NCBI GenBank assembly: GCA_963712025.1
Contig: CAVQGJ010000011.1
Location: forward strand, 369,562 to 433,561
Origin: an uncultured Verrucomicrobiae bacterium
GTDB lineage: Bacteria > Verrucomicrobiota > Verrucomicrobiia > Palsa-1439
DNA: 64,000 nt
Direction: 5' to 3'
The first letter of the stretch is position 1. Each line of letters starts with the position of its first letter. The notes beneath the pieces are model-generated. The model was not told where the DNA came from. It was given only the letters and a program-made list of their open reading frames with translations, and did not search any database. A program made the position numbers and the translations under genes. Of the stretch, positions 42,020-53,977 are shown piece after piece.

Positions 42020-43111
42020 ATGAACGGCACTGAATTACTCCGGCGCACACCGCTATACGCGGCGCACCTCGAATGGGGCGCGAAAATGGTGCCGTTCGGC
42101 GGCTGGGAGATGCCGGTGCAATACTCGGGGATACTGGAGGAGCACGCGGCCGTCCGCGAGCGGGTCGGTCTGTTCGACATCTCGCACATGGGCGAGTTTC
42201 TCGTGGCCGGGCCAAACGCCGAGCGCGCATTGAACGAGTTATTTACGAACGATGTCAGCAACATCGCCGTCGGCCAGGCCCAATATACATTGATGTGCAA
42301 CGATCAAGGCGGCATTATTGATGACCTGATTGTGTACCGGCTCGAGCCCACCGTCTACCTCGTGATCGTGAACGCCGGCAACATCGAGAATGACTTTGTG
42401 TGGATGAATACCCACGCCACCGTGTCCGCGGTTATCGAGAACTTGAGCGATCGCTTTGCCGGCCTCGCTCTTCAAGGTCCCGCAGCGAGCAAGTTCTTCG
42501 AGTTTTCCCCGACGCTCCCCCACTTTCATATTCAGCGACAGGAAGTCTTCGGCAAAGAATGCTGGGCGGGGAGAACGGGTTATACGGGTGAAGACGGTTT
42601 CGAGTTGTTTTGCGAGGCGACGGATGCGCCCCATCTCTGGCGCACGTTCCTCGGTCAGGGAGAGCCGTTTGGAATCAAGCCGTGCGGATTGGGCGCGCGC
42701 GACACCTTGCGATTGGAAATGTGTTATCCGCTTCACGGGAACGACATCACGGAGGAGACGTCGCCCATCGAGGCCGGCCTTGGGAAATTTGTCGCGTTTG
42801 ACAAGAAATCGTTTGTCGGTCGCGATGTTCTGGTTGAGCAGAAAGAGCACGGCGTTGGCCGCAAACTGGTTGCCTTCAAGATGACGGGGAAATCGCCGCC
42901 GCCACGGCCGCACTACGCCATTCTGACGGATGGCCGCGAGGTTGGCGAAGTCACCAGCGGCACGCAATCACCCACGCTCGGCATGGGCATCGGCATGGGT
43001 TACGTCGAGACAGCCGCGGCAAAGACAGGCGCACCCATCGAGATCGAGATTCGCCACCGGAGATTTCCTGCTACGATCGAAAAGAAACCAATCCTGAAAC
43101 GAGGCCAATGA
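42020..43111 (+). CDS. gcvT: glycine cleavage system aminomethyltransferase T
   Basis: [45 protein letters not shown]. Confidence 0.96.
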   Translation: MNGTELLRRTPLYAAHLEWGAKMVPFGGWEMPVQYSGILEEHAAVRERVGLFDISHMGEFLVAGPNAERALNELFTNDVSNIAVGQAQYTLMCNDQGGIIDDLIVYRLEPTVYLVIVNAGNIENDFVWMNTHATVSAVIENLSDRFAGLALQGPAASKFFEFSPTLPHFHIQRQEVFGKECWAGRTGYTGEDGFELFCEATDAPHLWRTFLGQGEPFGIKPCGLGARDTLRLEMCYPLHGNDITEETSPIEAGLGKFVAFDKKSFVGRDVLVEQKEHGVGRKLVAFKMTGKSPPPRPHYAILTDGREVGEVTSGTQSPTLGMGIGMGYVETAAAKTGAPIEIEIRHRRFPATIEKKPILKRGQ

Positions 43112-43488
43112 ACGTTCCGAAGAATCTGAAGTACACGAAGTCGCATGAATGGGTGCGTATCGATGGCCGTACTGCCGTCGTGGGCATCACCGACCATGCC
43201 CAGGATGAATTGACCGACGTTGTTTACGTTGAGCTTCCCGCGGTGGGCGCGCGCGTCGAGGCCGGCAAGGAATGCGCCGTGGTCGAAAGCGTGAAAGCGG
43301 CCAGTGACATCTATGCGCCCGTGTCCGGCGACGTTGCCGCGGTGAACGAAGAACTCGCCAGCGCGCCGGAGTTGCTCAATCAGGATCCTTACGGCAAGGG
43401 GTGGATGTTTAGCATCACGATCAGTGACCCCGGCGAACTAAACGACTTGCTCAGCCCGGAGGATTACGCCCACCACATCGGCGCCTGA
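43108..43488 (+). CDS. gcvH: glycine cleavage system H protein
   Basis: [16 protein letters not shown] (lipoyl Lys), DPYGKGW. Confidence 0.96.
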   Translation: MNVPKNLKYTKSHEWVRIDGRTAVVGITDHAQDELTDVVYVELPAVGARVEAGKECAVVESVKAASDIYAPVSGDVAAVNEELASAPELLNQDPYGKGWMFSITISDPGELNDLLSPEDYAHHIGA

Positions 43489-43490
43489 CC

Positions 43491-46290
43491 ATGCAAGAGG
43501 CAGATCGGTTCGCCGACCGACACATCGGCAGCAGTCCGGAAGAAGTTCACGAGATGCTGCGCGTTCTCGGGTTTCCCGCGCTCGACTCCATGATTGACGC
43601 GGCGATACCGCCGCAGATTCGATTGGCCAAACCGCTCTCACTCCCGCCGGCGGGCAGCGAGTACGAGGTGCTCGCCGAATTGAAGGAGATCGTCTCGAAG
43701 AACAAACTGTGCCGCTCGTTTATCGGTATGGGCTATTATGATTGCATTACGCCGCCGGTGATCCAGCGGAACATTCTGGAGAACCCTGGCTGGTATACGC
43801 CATACACGCCGTATCAAGCGGAGATTTCCCAGGGCCGGCTCGAAGCGTTGCTGAATTTTCAGACCATGGTGTCCGACCTGACGGGTTTGGAAATCGCCAA
43901 CGCGTCTCTTCTGGACGAAGCGACCGCCGCCGCCGAAGCGATGGCCATGTGTCATGGACTGCAAGGGGGCGAAGGCCGAAACGCCTTCTTCGTTTCCGAG
44001 ACTTGTCATCCACAGACCATCGCGGTTGTCCAGACGCGTGCCGAGCCGCTGGGGATAGACGTCGTTGTCGGCGATCACGCCAATTTCGCAGTAAACGAGA
44101 AAGTGCTCGGCGTGTTGCTCCAATATCCCGCGACAGACGGTATAATTCTGGATTACGGGCCGTTCATTGACGAGGTCCACAAGCATAAGGCATTGGCGGT
44201 CTTGGCGACTGACTTGCTTGCCCTCACACTCTTAAAGCCGCCCGGCGAGTTTGGCGCGGACGTGGCCGTTGGCAGCGCGCAACGGTTCGGTGTGCCGATG
44301 GGATACGGCGGGCCGCACGCGGCGTTCTTCGCCACTCGCGATGCGCTCAAGCGGCACATGCCCGGACGGTTGGTCGGCATCTCGAAAGATGCCCAGGGCC
44401 GGCCGGCGTTGCGGCTGGCGCTTCAGACGCGGGAGCAACATATCCGGCGTGACAAGGCGACCAGTAACATTTGCACCGCACAGGTGCTGCTGGCGGTAAT
44501 GGCATCCATGTATGCCGTGTACCACGGGCCCGAGGGTTTGCGGCGAATCGCCAAACGAATCCACGAGCAGGCGGCAACCCTGGCCGACGCGCTCGGCGAA
44601 CCACAGACCGGGCCGTTCTTCGACACGTTGCGGTTCCGCAAGGCGCCAAAGCCAGCGGGCGTGAACGTTCGCGAGTATTCCGACGGATCATGGGGAATGT
44701 CCGTCGACGAGACAACAACCGCGGAGGATTTGCGCTGCATTATCGGGCGGCGCGTCGAAGAGGCCTCCGTGCCAGGATTCGGCGCGTTCACTCGTGCAAC
44801 GCCATTTCTGACGCATCCGGTCTTCAATCGGCATCATACCGAGCACGAGATGTTGCGGTACATCAAACAACTCGAAGCCAAAGACTTGTCGCTCACCACG
44901 TCCATGATTCCTCTCGGATCATGCACGATGAAATTGAACGCGACGGCCGAAATGCTGCCCCTGACCTGGCCTGAGGTCAGCAAGCTGCATCCCTTCGCGC
45001 CGATGGAGCAGACGCAGGGGTATCAGATTCTTTTCCGAGACTTGGAAACCTGGTTTGCGGAGATCACCGGGCTTCAGGCGGTTTCTCTGCAACCCAACGC
45101 CGGTTCACAGGGCGAGTACACAGGCCTGCTGGTCATCCGGAAATATCACCAGCAACGCGGACAAGGTCAACGCGATGTTTGTCTCATTCCGGTTTCCGCA
45201 CACGGGACCAACCCGGCCAGCGCGGTGATGGCCGGGTTCCGGGTCGTTCCCGTCGCCTGCGAAGACGATGGCGACATTGATATCGCGGATCTTCGCGCGA
45301 AAGCGCGCGAGCATCGCGACGAACTTGGCGCGTTGATGGTGACATACCCATCCACCCATGGAGTCTTCGAGGAAACCATTCGTGAAATCTGCCAGATCGT
45401 TCATGAGAACGGCGGGCAGGTTTACATGGATGGCGCCAACATGAATGCGCAGGTCGGATTATGCCGGCCGGGAGACATGGGAGCGGATGTTTGCCACCTG
45501 AATCTGCACAAGACCTTCTGTATACCGCACGGCGGAGGTGGTCCTGGCATGGGACCGATTGCGGTCGCTCCGCATCTGGCTGCGTTTCTGCCGAGGCATC
45601 CTCTGGCCCAGATTGGCGCCTCGAAAGGAATTGGCCCCGTGTCCGCCTCGCCGTGGGGCAGCGCCAGCATTTTGGTCATCCCGTGGATGTACATCAAACT
45701 GATGGGCGCGGACGGGCTGGCGTACGCCAGCAAGATTGCCATTCTCAACGCAAACTACATCGCCCACCGACTGGCAACTTGCTTCCCGACGCTCTACAAG
45801 GGCCACGGCGGCCTTGTCGCACACGAGTGCATCGTCGATTGTCGGCAATTCAAAGCCGCCACGGGCGTCGAGATCGAGGATATCGCCAAGCGTCTCATGG
45901 ATTACGGCTTCCACGCGCCGACGATGTCCTGGCCCGTACCGGGCACGCTGATGATCGAACCGACCGAAAGCGAGTCGAAGGCCGAACTCGACCGGTTCTG
46001 CGACGCGATGATTGCCATTCATTCGGAAATCAAGGCCATCGAATCCGGCCGAATGGACAAGTCCAATAATCCGTTGAAGAACGCGCCGCATACCGCGCAA
46101 GTCGGTTACGGCTGACCGGTGGGATCGGCCTTACAGCCGCGAGCAAGCCGCCTTCCCGGCGCCGTGGTCGCGCGAGCACAAGTTCTGGCCTGCCGTCGGT
46201 CGCGTTGACAATGTTTATGGCGACCGCCACATCGTGTGCACGTGTCTTCCCGTCGAGGCCTACGCGGCTGTAAACGCACAGGTCAAGTAA
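43491..46290 (+). CDS. gcvP: glycine dehydrogenase (decarboxylating), P protein; +1 indel near 46104
   Basis: [30 protein letters not shown]; C-terminal [10 protein letters not shown]...[10 protein letters not shown] in the shifted frame to TAA 46290. Confidence 0.96.
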
Positions 46291-46394
46291 GTCAAGGCCC
46301 GCACGTTTGCGCTTGTAACCATTTGCGGTGCAACGCATTTTGTTTGCGTCCCGCTTAAATCGGCGTATACTACCGCCAGCGCGGGAGGAAATCT

Positions 46395-46817
46395 GTGGCG
46401 AAGGCACGCAAAGAGGTCGAGATCGCAGTACGTGTCGGTAACAGTCCTGCGGCCGCGCAGGAAGTGTTGTCGATCCTGGCGGCCCGCGGTCTGAGCGTCC
46501 TGGCGTACTGCACCTACACGGAACGCGATGATTTGGTGATTCTACTGGTCACGGACGACGCGTTGGCCGCGAAGGACGCGCTCCAAAGCGCGGGCTTTTC
46601 CTGCAAGGCGAATTCGGTTGTGCTGGTCGGGGCGTCGCACGAGCTTGGCTCGACGGCAATCATCGGCGCGCATCTCGGACTGTCGGGGGTCGAGATTCTT
46701 TACTCCTACACCTCATGGTTGGGGGGCGACCAGTCCATCGCGGTCTTCAAGACCACCAACGACGAGCGCGCCATTCAAGCGCTGGAGATTTGTCCGCAAG
46801 CGCGAGCCGCCGCTTGA
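46395..46817 (+). CDS. tandem ACT-domain protein
   Basis: ILAARGLSV, GVEILYSY; GGAGG RBS; TTGCGT-16-TATACT promoter at 46344-46371. Confidence 0.8.
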   Translation: MAKARKEVEIAVRVGNSPAAAQEVLSILAARGLSVLAYCTYTERDDLVILLVTDDALAAKDALQSAGFSCKANSVVLVGASHELGSTAIIGAHLGLSGVEILYSYTSWLGGDQSIAVFKTTNDERAIQALEICPQARAAA

Positions 46818-46844
46818 GCTGACTTCCGTCCCCGCCGCCGATGA

Positions 46845-47841
46845 TCAACTGTGCGGCGTGACATTCGCGCTGGGCGCGTTGGTCGTCGCCGCGGTCGCCA
46901 CACTGTTGGTGCTTGCCGGTTGCGTATTCTTTGGGCCGAATGGCCACCACCAGTGTTTGCGTTTCTTGGGCTTCGTGATGACCGCCGGCGCCGGTTGGAG
47001 ATCCTGATCCGTCATCACCCGCTCGAGCCGCGGATACACCTGCTCTCCGCCCTGCGCCGTGACCACGCCGTCATCCTGGGCGACAAGTTGCGGCGTGGAC
47101 ATGACGTCCGAGTAGATCAGGCGCTTCACGATGTTCGCGTCCGGGATCGATTTCATCGTAGCTGATGGAGCGGGGTCCGCTGCGGTACAACACATGCAGG
47201 TGACCGCTGCCGTCCACTTTGGCGGTCGGATTTCCCAGGGCGATAACATTTCCCAGTGGAATCATGCCATACACCAGATCATGCGGCTCATCCTGCACCC
47301 CCGCGTAGAGCACCTCGTCGTACGAGCTTCGCCGCAGCAGCAAGGAATAGGTGCGGTATTGTTGGTTGGTCACACCCTCCGCCACCGGCAGCCCAACCGT
47401 CTGCCGCCAAATCTCGCGGCCGTTGATTATGGTGAAGTTGACCGGCGGCGATACCACATGGATTCCGTCCGCTTCGACCGCGGCTCGCGCAGTGAAAACG
47501 CCCCGCTGCCGCAGATCGAAATGAGGCAAGAGATCCACGGAAATGCTTTGCGTGCGGCCGGGTTCGATCCTGACCGGTTCCGTTGCGAACGCATCGCCCA
47601 CGGGAGACAGGGTCGCGCCGGCCTCGTCCGTAATCAGAAAGTTGAGCCAATGAGTCTCGCCCTGGTTGGCAAGCTCGATGGTGCGGCCGGAGAAATTGCG
47701 GATGGTGACGACGGCCGGAATGGATTCAAACACGATGAGCGTGTCGCGGTCAATCTTCACCTGCACGGAGATCTGGGCCTGGACACCTAGGGGCGCAGCC
47801 AAAGAGGCCGCAAGAAATACGAGAGCAATCAATCGGCGCAT
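46845..47841 (-). CDS. conserved secreted hypothetical protein; frameshifted
   Basis: Signal peptide MRRLIALVFLAASLAAP; GREIWRQTVG, HLHVLYRSGP; C-terminal KKRKHWWWPFG. Confidence 0.7.
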
Positions 47842-47892
47842 GAAACGACGGTAGCACGCTCGCGCGGGACCGAACAAGGAAAATGCCTCGGG

Positions 47893-48648
47893 CTATCGAC
47901 GATCGCCCAGCGCGGACAACGCCGTTCGCAGAGCCACGTTGTGCGCCCGGGCGCGTTGGTGGAGTGGAACATGCACGGGAGTTTCACTGCCCAGAATGTG
48001 CCGGCAGCCGTTGAGGAACAAATGATACGCCATCGGCCAGCGACGGCGTTGTCTCAGGCGGGACACGTTGGCCTCTCGGCGGATCAGTCCAGGCCCCGTG
48101 GCGCGGTTGCCATCGATGACCTTGTCGCAGTTGATGGGAATCACGTTCCCGACCGCCGCGACAACCCGCTCGCCGATGAACGGCGGCCCCGCGCGAAGTT
48201 CGTACATATAATACCCGGGAGAATCCACATCTTCATGGTGGTCGAACACGAAGAGAAAACGATGGCCGTTCACCAGCCGCGTTACCAGCCGCGCTTCCGG
48301 ACAAGGGGCGGGATTGCGAAACTGGCGATTGATGTCGCGTCCCTGGGCGTTGCGACGCTGGTTGCGCTCCCAACCGTAGGGGTTGATGCACGGCAGAACG
48401 AACCAGTTCACGCGCCACTTCGCCCACTCGCCGCCCTCCAACCAGCGGAGCGCGCCTTCGACACCGCCCGGTTCTTCGCCGTGGATTCCCGCCGTAAGCA
48501 GAATCGTGGGAGCCCGCCGATCGATTTGCCGTCGCACGCGATAGAACGGGTAGTTCCACACGCGACCGACCCGCTCGACTTGCCATTCACGCCGCGGCAG
48601 AGCTTCCAGCCGTTGTGCGATCTCGTGATAATCTCGAATGCGCCCCAT
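47893..48648 (-). CDS. M14 family metallocarboxypeptidase
   Basis: AGIHGEEPGG, PCINPYG, RRNAQGRDINR, DHHED, ETP. Confidence 0.88.
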   Translation of the reverse strand: MGRIRDYHEIAQRLEALPRREWQVERVGRVWNYPFYRVRRQIDRRAPTILLTAGIHGEEPGGVEGALRWLEGGEWAKWRVNWFVLPCINPYGWERNQRRNAQGRDINRQFRNPAPCPEARLVTRLVNGHRFLFVFDHHEDVDSPGYYMYELRAGPPFIGERVVAAVGNVIPINCDKVIDGNRATGPGLIRREANVSRLRQRRRWPMAYHLFLNGCRHILGSETPVHVPLHQRARAHNVALRTALSALGDRR

Positions 48649-48695
48649 GCGGGGAAGTTATCGCACAGAGCGCCCGTCGTGACAACCGGGGCCGA

Positions 48696-49860
48696 TCAAC
48701 CTGACGCCATCGCCTTGAGGAATTCCTTGTTGGTCTTGAATTTGGACATACCCGTCAAGAGTCTCTGGAGCGCTTCGATGGGTGGCGCGCCACTGAGGGC
48801 CCGACGCAACCGCGTAATGGCCTCCAAATCCTTCGGTGCCAGCAGCAATTCCTCGCGGCGCGTGCCGGAGGCGTTGATGTCCACCGCCGGCCAGTAGCGT
48901 TGCTCGGCGATCTTGCGGTCCAGTACCAACTCCGAGTTGCCCGTGCCCTTGAACTCCTGGAAGATCAATTCATCCATCCGCGAGCCCGTCTCGACCAATG
49001 CCGTGGCGATGATCGTGAGCGAGCCACCTTCCTCCGCTTTGCGCGCGGACGCAAAAATGCGGCGCGGTTGTTCCATGGCGCGGGCGTCCAGACCACCCGT
49101 CATGGTGCGACCCGTCGAGCCGATGTAATTGTTGAACGCCCGCGCCAGGCGCGTGATCGAGTCCAACACGATGAAGACGTCCCGGCCGAATTCCACCATA
49201 CGCTTCGCGCGTTCAATGGCCATCTTGGCGGTGCGGACATGCTCATCGATGGTCTGGTCGTTGGTCGAGGCGATGACCTCGCCGCCCTTGACGGAACGGC
49301 GGAAATCCGTGGTTTCTTCCGGACGCTCATCCACCAGAAGCACCATCGTATGGACATCCGGATGGTTCGAGATCACGGCATCGGCAATGTGATGCAGCAA
49401 CGTCGTCTTGCCCGTGCGCGGCGCGGCGACAATGAGGCCGCGCGTGCCCTTTGCCGACGGGCGCGATGAGATCCACAACGCGCGTGGTGTAGCGGTCGCC
49501 GACCGTTTCGAGGAAGAACCGCTCATTCGGGTTCAGGCTGGTAAGATCGTCAAATTTCTTGAGGCTCGTCCATTTCTCGGGCGGTTGGCCGTTCATCTTG
49601 TAAATCTCGGCCAACTGCGGACTGCCCTTCTTCGGCGGCACGGCGCGTCCCTCGATTTCGAGGCCGGGCCGCAACTTGAATTTGCGGATGATGTCCGGCG
49701 ACACGTAAATGTCGTTCGGGCTGATCTGGAAGCTGCGGGCGGGGTTGCGGAGGAAGCCGAACCCCTTCTCGCCGACTTCCAGGACGCCACGGACCAGGCT
49801 CTCGGTTGGTTGCTGTGGTGCAGGCTGTGGTTGTGTTTGCGGCTGTTCTGTCTCGTTCAC
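48696..49860 (-). CDS. rho: transcription termination factor Rho; +1 indel near 49450
   Basis: [68 protein letters not shown]. Confidence 0.96.
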
Positions 49861-50404
49861 AATTCTTGCTCTGCCCGCGTCGAGCGCAGGCGTATGGTTT
49901 TTGTTGTCAGGTCGTGCACCGATTTGATGTAGCGGACCGTCCGTGTTTTGGCGCGCATGACGATCGAGTGCGTGGTGGCGGTATGCCCGATGAAGCGCAC
50001 GCCGGGCAGCAACGTGCTGTCGCTGATTCCCGTGGCGCAGAAGACAATCCCGCTTCCCCGCGCCAGATCCTCCGCGTAGTACACCTGGTTTAGTTCCTCG
50101 TTCACTCCCTCTTGTTCCAACTTCTTTCGCTCGGCTTCGTCACGCGGCTACATCTTCACCGGCTTCACACCCTTCTCGAGCATGTAGTTCCGCACCCGCG
50201 GCCCGTACGCCAGCTTCGCGGATAAAAACTCGGCAAATTCCTGAGCGACTGGCCCAACCCTTCAAAGGCGCTACCCGCCGCATTCTTGTTGCCCTTGCCC
50301 ATCCATTGTGCGGCATTCAACGCAGCCGCTTCCGTGGCCCGCACGAGATCGAACTCGACGATGCGCTCTAAATCTTGAATCGGCTTACGATTCAACTTCG
50401 CCAT
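49857..50404 (-). pseudogene. glpX: class II fructose-1,6-bisphosphatase remnant with the central part missing or replaced
   Basis: N-terminal LVRATEAAALNAAQWMGKGNKNAA (50404-50276) and C-terminal EDLARG...FCATGISD...GVRF...THSIVMR..TRTVRYI, separated by ~130 nt of non-GlpX sequence. Confidence 0.75.
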
Positions 50405-50427
50405 TGAATGGGTGTTACTGGCTCTGC

Positions 50428-51207
50428 TTACCGGGCAATTCCGCGTTCAGACTTGCGACAGAAGTCGATGAAATGTTCGAGCTCTGGGCTCGGCGGAAGT
50501 TCCGACTGTATCCTATCCAATGCATTGCCAACTGTCAACCCTGCTCGGCACATTATCTTAAACGCCTCCCGCAGGCTCCGATGCACCTCGTCGGACACCC
50601 CGTTGCGCTCCAACCCCACCTTGTTCACCCCCCGCGTCTCCGCCGGGTTCCCGTCCCCGATCATATACGGCGGTATATCCTGCACCACCTTCGCGCACCC
50701 CCCGATGATTGCCATCGTCCCAATCCGGCAAAACTGATGGATCGCCGCCAGCCCGCCAACAATCGCAAAGTCTTCCACCACAACATGTCCCGCCAGCGTC
50801 CCGTTGTTACTGAACACCACATGACTCCCCACCACGCAATCATGAGCGATGTGCGAATACGCCAGAAAATTGTTGTGCGACCCGATCCGCGTACTCAGCC
50901 CGTCCCCCGTCGCCGTATGCACTGTCACATGCTCCCGAAACACGTTGTCCGACCCGATTTCCAGGTAACACTTCCCGCCAGAATACTTCAAATCCTGGGT
51001 CTTCAACCCGATGCACGCAAACGGAAAAAACTCGCACCGCGCCCCAATCGTCGTCAGCCCATCCACCACCACGTGCGAGTGCAGCCGGCACCCCTCCCCC
51101 AGCTTCACGTTCGGCCCGACCACACAATACGGCCCCACCTCGCACCCCGGGCCAACTTGCGTGCGCGCATCAACAATTGCGGTAGAATGAATGTTCGAAG
51201 AAGCCAT
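50428..51207 (-). CDS. lpxA: acyl-ACP--UDP-N-acetylglucosamine O-acyltransferase
   Basis: IHSTAIVD hexapeptide repeats, QDLKY, REHVTVH, HIAHDC, LAGHV, IHQFCRIG, QDIPPY. Confidence 0.95.
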   Translation of the reverse strand: MASSNIHSTAIVDARTQVGPGCEVGPYCVVGPNVKLGEGCRLHSHVVVDGLTTIGARCEFFPFACIGLKTQDLKYSGGKCYLEIGSDNVFREHVTVHTATGDGLSTRIGSHNNFLAYSHIAHDCVVGSHVVFSNNGTLAGHVVVEDFAIVGGLAAIHQFCRIGTMAIIGGCAKVVQDIPPYMIGDGNPAETRGVNKVGLERNGVSDEVHRSLREAFKIMCRAGLTVGNALDRIQSELPPSPELEHFIDFCRKSERGIAR

Positions 51208-51233
51208 CAAAACCACCCCACCTTCCCCACGCC

Positions 51234-51262
51234 TTTGTACACCAGCCATCCCTCCACGTCAA
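51234..51262 (-). promoter_or_regulatory. promoter upstream of lpxA
   Basis: TTGACG-17 nt-TACAAA on the minus strand. Confidence 0.45.
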
Positions 51263-51512
51263 CGCCAGCCTTGGTGGCGTATTGCACCCACCACCTCGCC
51301 ATTGCCGGGCCGGGTGCCCAAGTCCAACGAGGGTATCCAGCCGACTCCGGGTCCCCGTTGCAACCACACTTCTTGTCGAAACGCGTTGGCGTCAGTTAGA
51401 GGGGCCCGCGCCTTACAATCTGCAAGAGCCCCGGCCAACGAGCCAGATCCCCCACTCGTCACGTGCCGTTTGCCGATGGACGAATCTACCAGACCCGACA
51501 AGGGAGGAAACC

Positions 51513-51550
51513 AAAAAACAAGCCCCGGCACCGAGGCGCCGAGGCTCGTT
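51513..51550 (-). terminator. rho-independent terminator of the pilin-like gene
   Basis: Minus strand: agcctcggcgcc-tc-ggtgccggggct followed by TGTTTTTT. Confidence 0.75.
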
Positions 51551-51574
51551 CGTGAGTGTCTTGAAGTTGATCCG

Positions 51575-52216
51575 CTACGAGCACTGCACTTCCGCACGCA
51601 GCACGTTGTTCACATTCGGCACGTCGTTGGTGCCGCACGTCGATGGCAGGGAATTCTCCCAGGCCACATGCCCGTCATTGAACAGCACATTCCCGCCCTG
51701 ATCCTTGTGCGGCGCATACGGTATCGTGCCGGAATTCGCCCAGTGCGCCCCGATCGTGTAGTCCGCAGAGATCATGGAATTGCCCATGCGATCCAGGGCA
51801 ATGATCGAATCCGGTTGATCCTCCCAGAAAAGTCCGGCGCAGTACGTGTAGCTAATCGCTAACGGGCCGCCGGTCTGGTTGGTCAGTCCGTAACCGACTT
51901 GCTGCTTGCCGGCGCTGTCACTGGGACACGAGAAGATCTTCGCCGAAGCGACCACATTGCTCAGCAGGTTGAAAGAATCACACGTCGTGGCCGGCGTTGT
52001 CGAGTTGAGCGGCATCCGACTGTTGTAGCTATCCGCGTACATCGCAATGCCCAAGCCCAACTGCTTGAGGTTGCTCAGGCAGTTTGATCGACGCGCCTTT
52101 TCACGCGCCTGATTCAACGCGGGCAGCAGCATCGCCGCCAGTATCCCGATGATCGCGATGACCACCAGCAACTCGATGAGGGTGAACCCGTTTCTGTCTC
52201 TCGTACAACGCTTCAT
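51575..52216 (-). CDS. prepilin-type N-terminal cleavage/methylation + H-X9-DG domain protein
   Basis: [30 protein letters not shown]...CLSNLKQ; FSCPSD; [16 protein letters not shown]; GGAGG RBS. Confidence 0.92.
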   Translation of the reverse strand: MKRCTRDRNGFTLIELLVVIAIIGILAAMLLPALNQAREKARRSNCLSNLKQLGLGIAMYADSYNSRMPLNSTTPATTCDSFNLLSNVVASAKIFSCPSDSAGKQQVGYGLTNQTGGPLAISYTYCAGLFWEDQPDSIIALDRMGNSMISADYTIGAHWANSGTIPYAPHKDQGGNVLFNDGHVAWENSLPSTCGTNDVPNVNNVLRAEVQCS

Positions 52217-52502
52217 TGCTTGATCCTCCGTATGGTTGTTCGCATAGGACTGTGTCCCCGTGCACGCGTAACATTATCCCCATACCCCTTCTGTGGCACG
52301 TAAAAGACTTGTAAAAAAATGACGGTCGGGGGTCAGCCTGTCGAAGGGCCTCCGGGCCGTGTTGTCTGCCAATTCGCCATCCGCAAGCATCCATCTAACA
52401 CGCTTATTAGCAATCCTTTACGACAGGTTTACCAATGCGGAAAGAGCGCATCGACACGTTTTCTGTCACCTCTTCATGCTTTCCCGGTACTTATACGGTG
52501 AT

Positions 52503-53969
52503 ATGATGACAAGCCAGACAATGCTTCCGGTAGTAAACAGCGACGAACAATTGGTGGAATGGAGCCTGACGGGCGACCGCAACGCCTACCGTCAGATCGT
52601 CGAGCGGTATCAATCGCTCGTCTGCTCGATCACCTACAATGCCACGGGCAGCCTGACCCTGAGCGAAGACCTTGCCCAGGATACGTTTGTCGCCGCGTGG
52701 AAACAGCTTTCCGAACTGCGCGAGCCCGCGCGCCTCCGCGCCTGGTTGTGCGGCATCACCCGCTTCCTCGTCGGCAAGCAACTCCGCCGACAGGGCCACG
52801 AGCCAGTTCACGCGGCGGAGACACTCGATGCGATTCATGAGCCGCCGTCACCGGAGCCGTCGCCGTCGGCGCAAGCCGTCAGCCGTGAAGAAGAGGCCAT
52901 CCTCTGGCGCGCCTTGGAACGGATCCCCGATGCGTACCGTCAGCCGCTGATCCTGTTCTATCGCGAACAACAATCGGTCGAGCGCGTCGCCGTCGAGTTG
53001 GAGTTGAGCGAGGACGCCGTCAAGCAACGCCTCGCGCGCGGACGCAAACTGCTCCACGAAGAAGTGATTGCGTTCGTCGAGGGAACGTTGACCCGAACAG
53101 CGCCGGGTCAGGAGTTCTCGGGCGCCGTGCTCGCCGCCCTGCCTCTGGCCGCAGCCTCGGCGGCAACCGCCGGCGCGGGCTTGGGAGCCAAAGGCACGGC
53201 GGTGGCAAAATCCGGCGGCTGGGTGGCCCTTCTCGGCGCATGGCTGGTGCCAATCATCAGCATTGTTGGCGGAGTCACTGCGCAATGGTTGATTGTTCGT
53301 GCGTCTCCGACCGATCGCGAACGCCGGGTCAAAAGGAATTGGTTCGTCGGTCTTTGGGTTTTCGCACTGGTTTGGTGTATCCCCGTGCAGTTCGCCGTGA
53401 ATTCCTTGAGCCAACACTTCAAGTGGAGTGACCACATGTATTTTTCTGTGATGGCGGGCTTCTGGTTGTTCTATGCCGTCGTGGCAACCACATTGACCAT
53501 TGTGATGGTTCGGCGGTTTCTGGCCATCCGTCAAGAGAGCGAACGAGCCGTGGGAACCCTCCGGCGGGCCATGACGCCGGGCACATGTGCTGTCGTGGCG
53601 GCCGGCCACTATCTGGTCTTCTTTTTGTACTTTGTCTGGATCGCGTGGCGGTTGAATGACCGGGTGTCGGCCGGAATCCTTGCCGGACTGATGGTCGGGT
53701 TGGGTGTTTGGAAATTCGTCAGTCTACGAGGCAAGACCGGAGTGGCTGCAATGCGAGTCGCTGCCGGGCAACTGGCGTTGACCTGGGCAATAATCTTGGT
53801 GGTCTTGAACCTGCGTTTGGACGTGTGGATGGCAGCCGCGCACGAATGCAGCATTGCCGAAATGCACCGCCTTCTGCCTGCATGGGTGATTCCCGTGCTT
53901 ACCATGGCCTTGGTCCTCTGGGCCGGACTGGTCCTCGTCATCACCAAACCAAAACCCACGTCCTCATAG
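52503..53969 (+). CDS. ECF sigma-70 factor fused to a multi-pass membrane domain
   Basis: SDEQLV, EDLAQDTFVAAW, AWLCGI (region 2); YRQPLILFY...LSEDAVKQRLARGR (region 4); then ~7 hydrophobic helices. Confidence 0.9.
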   Translation: MMTSQTMLPVVNSDEQLVEWSLTGDRNAYRQIVERYQSLVCSITYNATGSLTLSEDLAQDTFVAAWKQLSELREPARLRAWLCGITRFLVGKQLRRQGHEPVHAAETLDAIHEPPSPEPSPSAQAVSREEEAILWRALERIPDAYRQPLILFYREQQSVERVAVELELSEDAVKQRLARGRKLLHEEVIAFVEGTLTRTAPGQEFSGAVLAALPLAAASAATAGAGLGAKGTAVAKSGGWVALLGAWLVPIISIVGGVTAQWLIVRASPTDRERRVKRNWFVGLWVFALVWCIPVQFAVNSLSQHFKWSDHMYFSVMAGFWLFYAVVATTLTIVMVRRFLAIRQESERAVGTLRRAMTPGTCAVVAAGHYLVFFLYFVWIAWRLNDRVSAGILAGLMVGLGVWKFVSLRGKTGVAAMRVAAGQLALTWAIILVVLNLRLDVWMAAAHECSIAEMHRLLPAWVIPVLTMALVLWAGLVLVITKPKPTSS

Positions 53970-53977
53970 GCAATAAC

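Noticed and set aside
51208-51300. Remnant of the fabZ 3' end upstream of lpxA (KGVGKV vs KGVCKV)
   Set aside because: The match is too short and overlaps a promoter-like element; likely chance.
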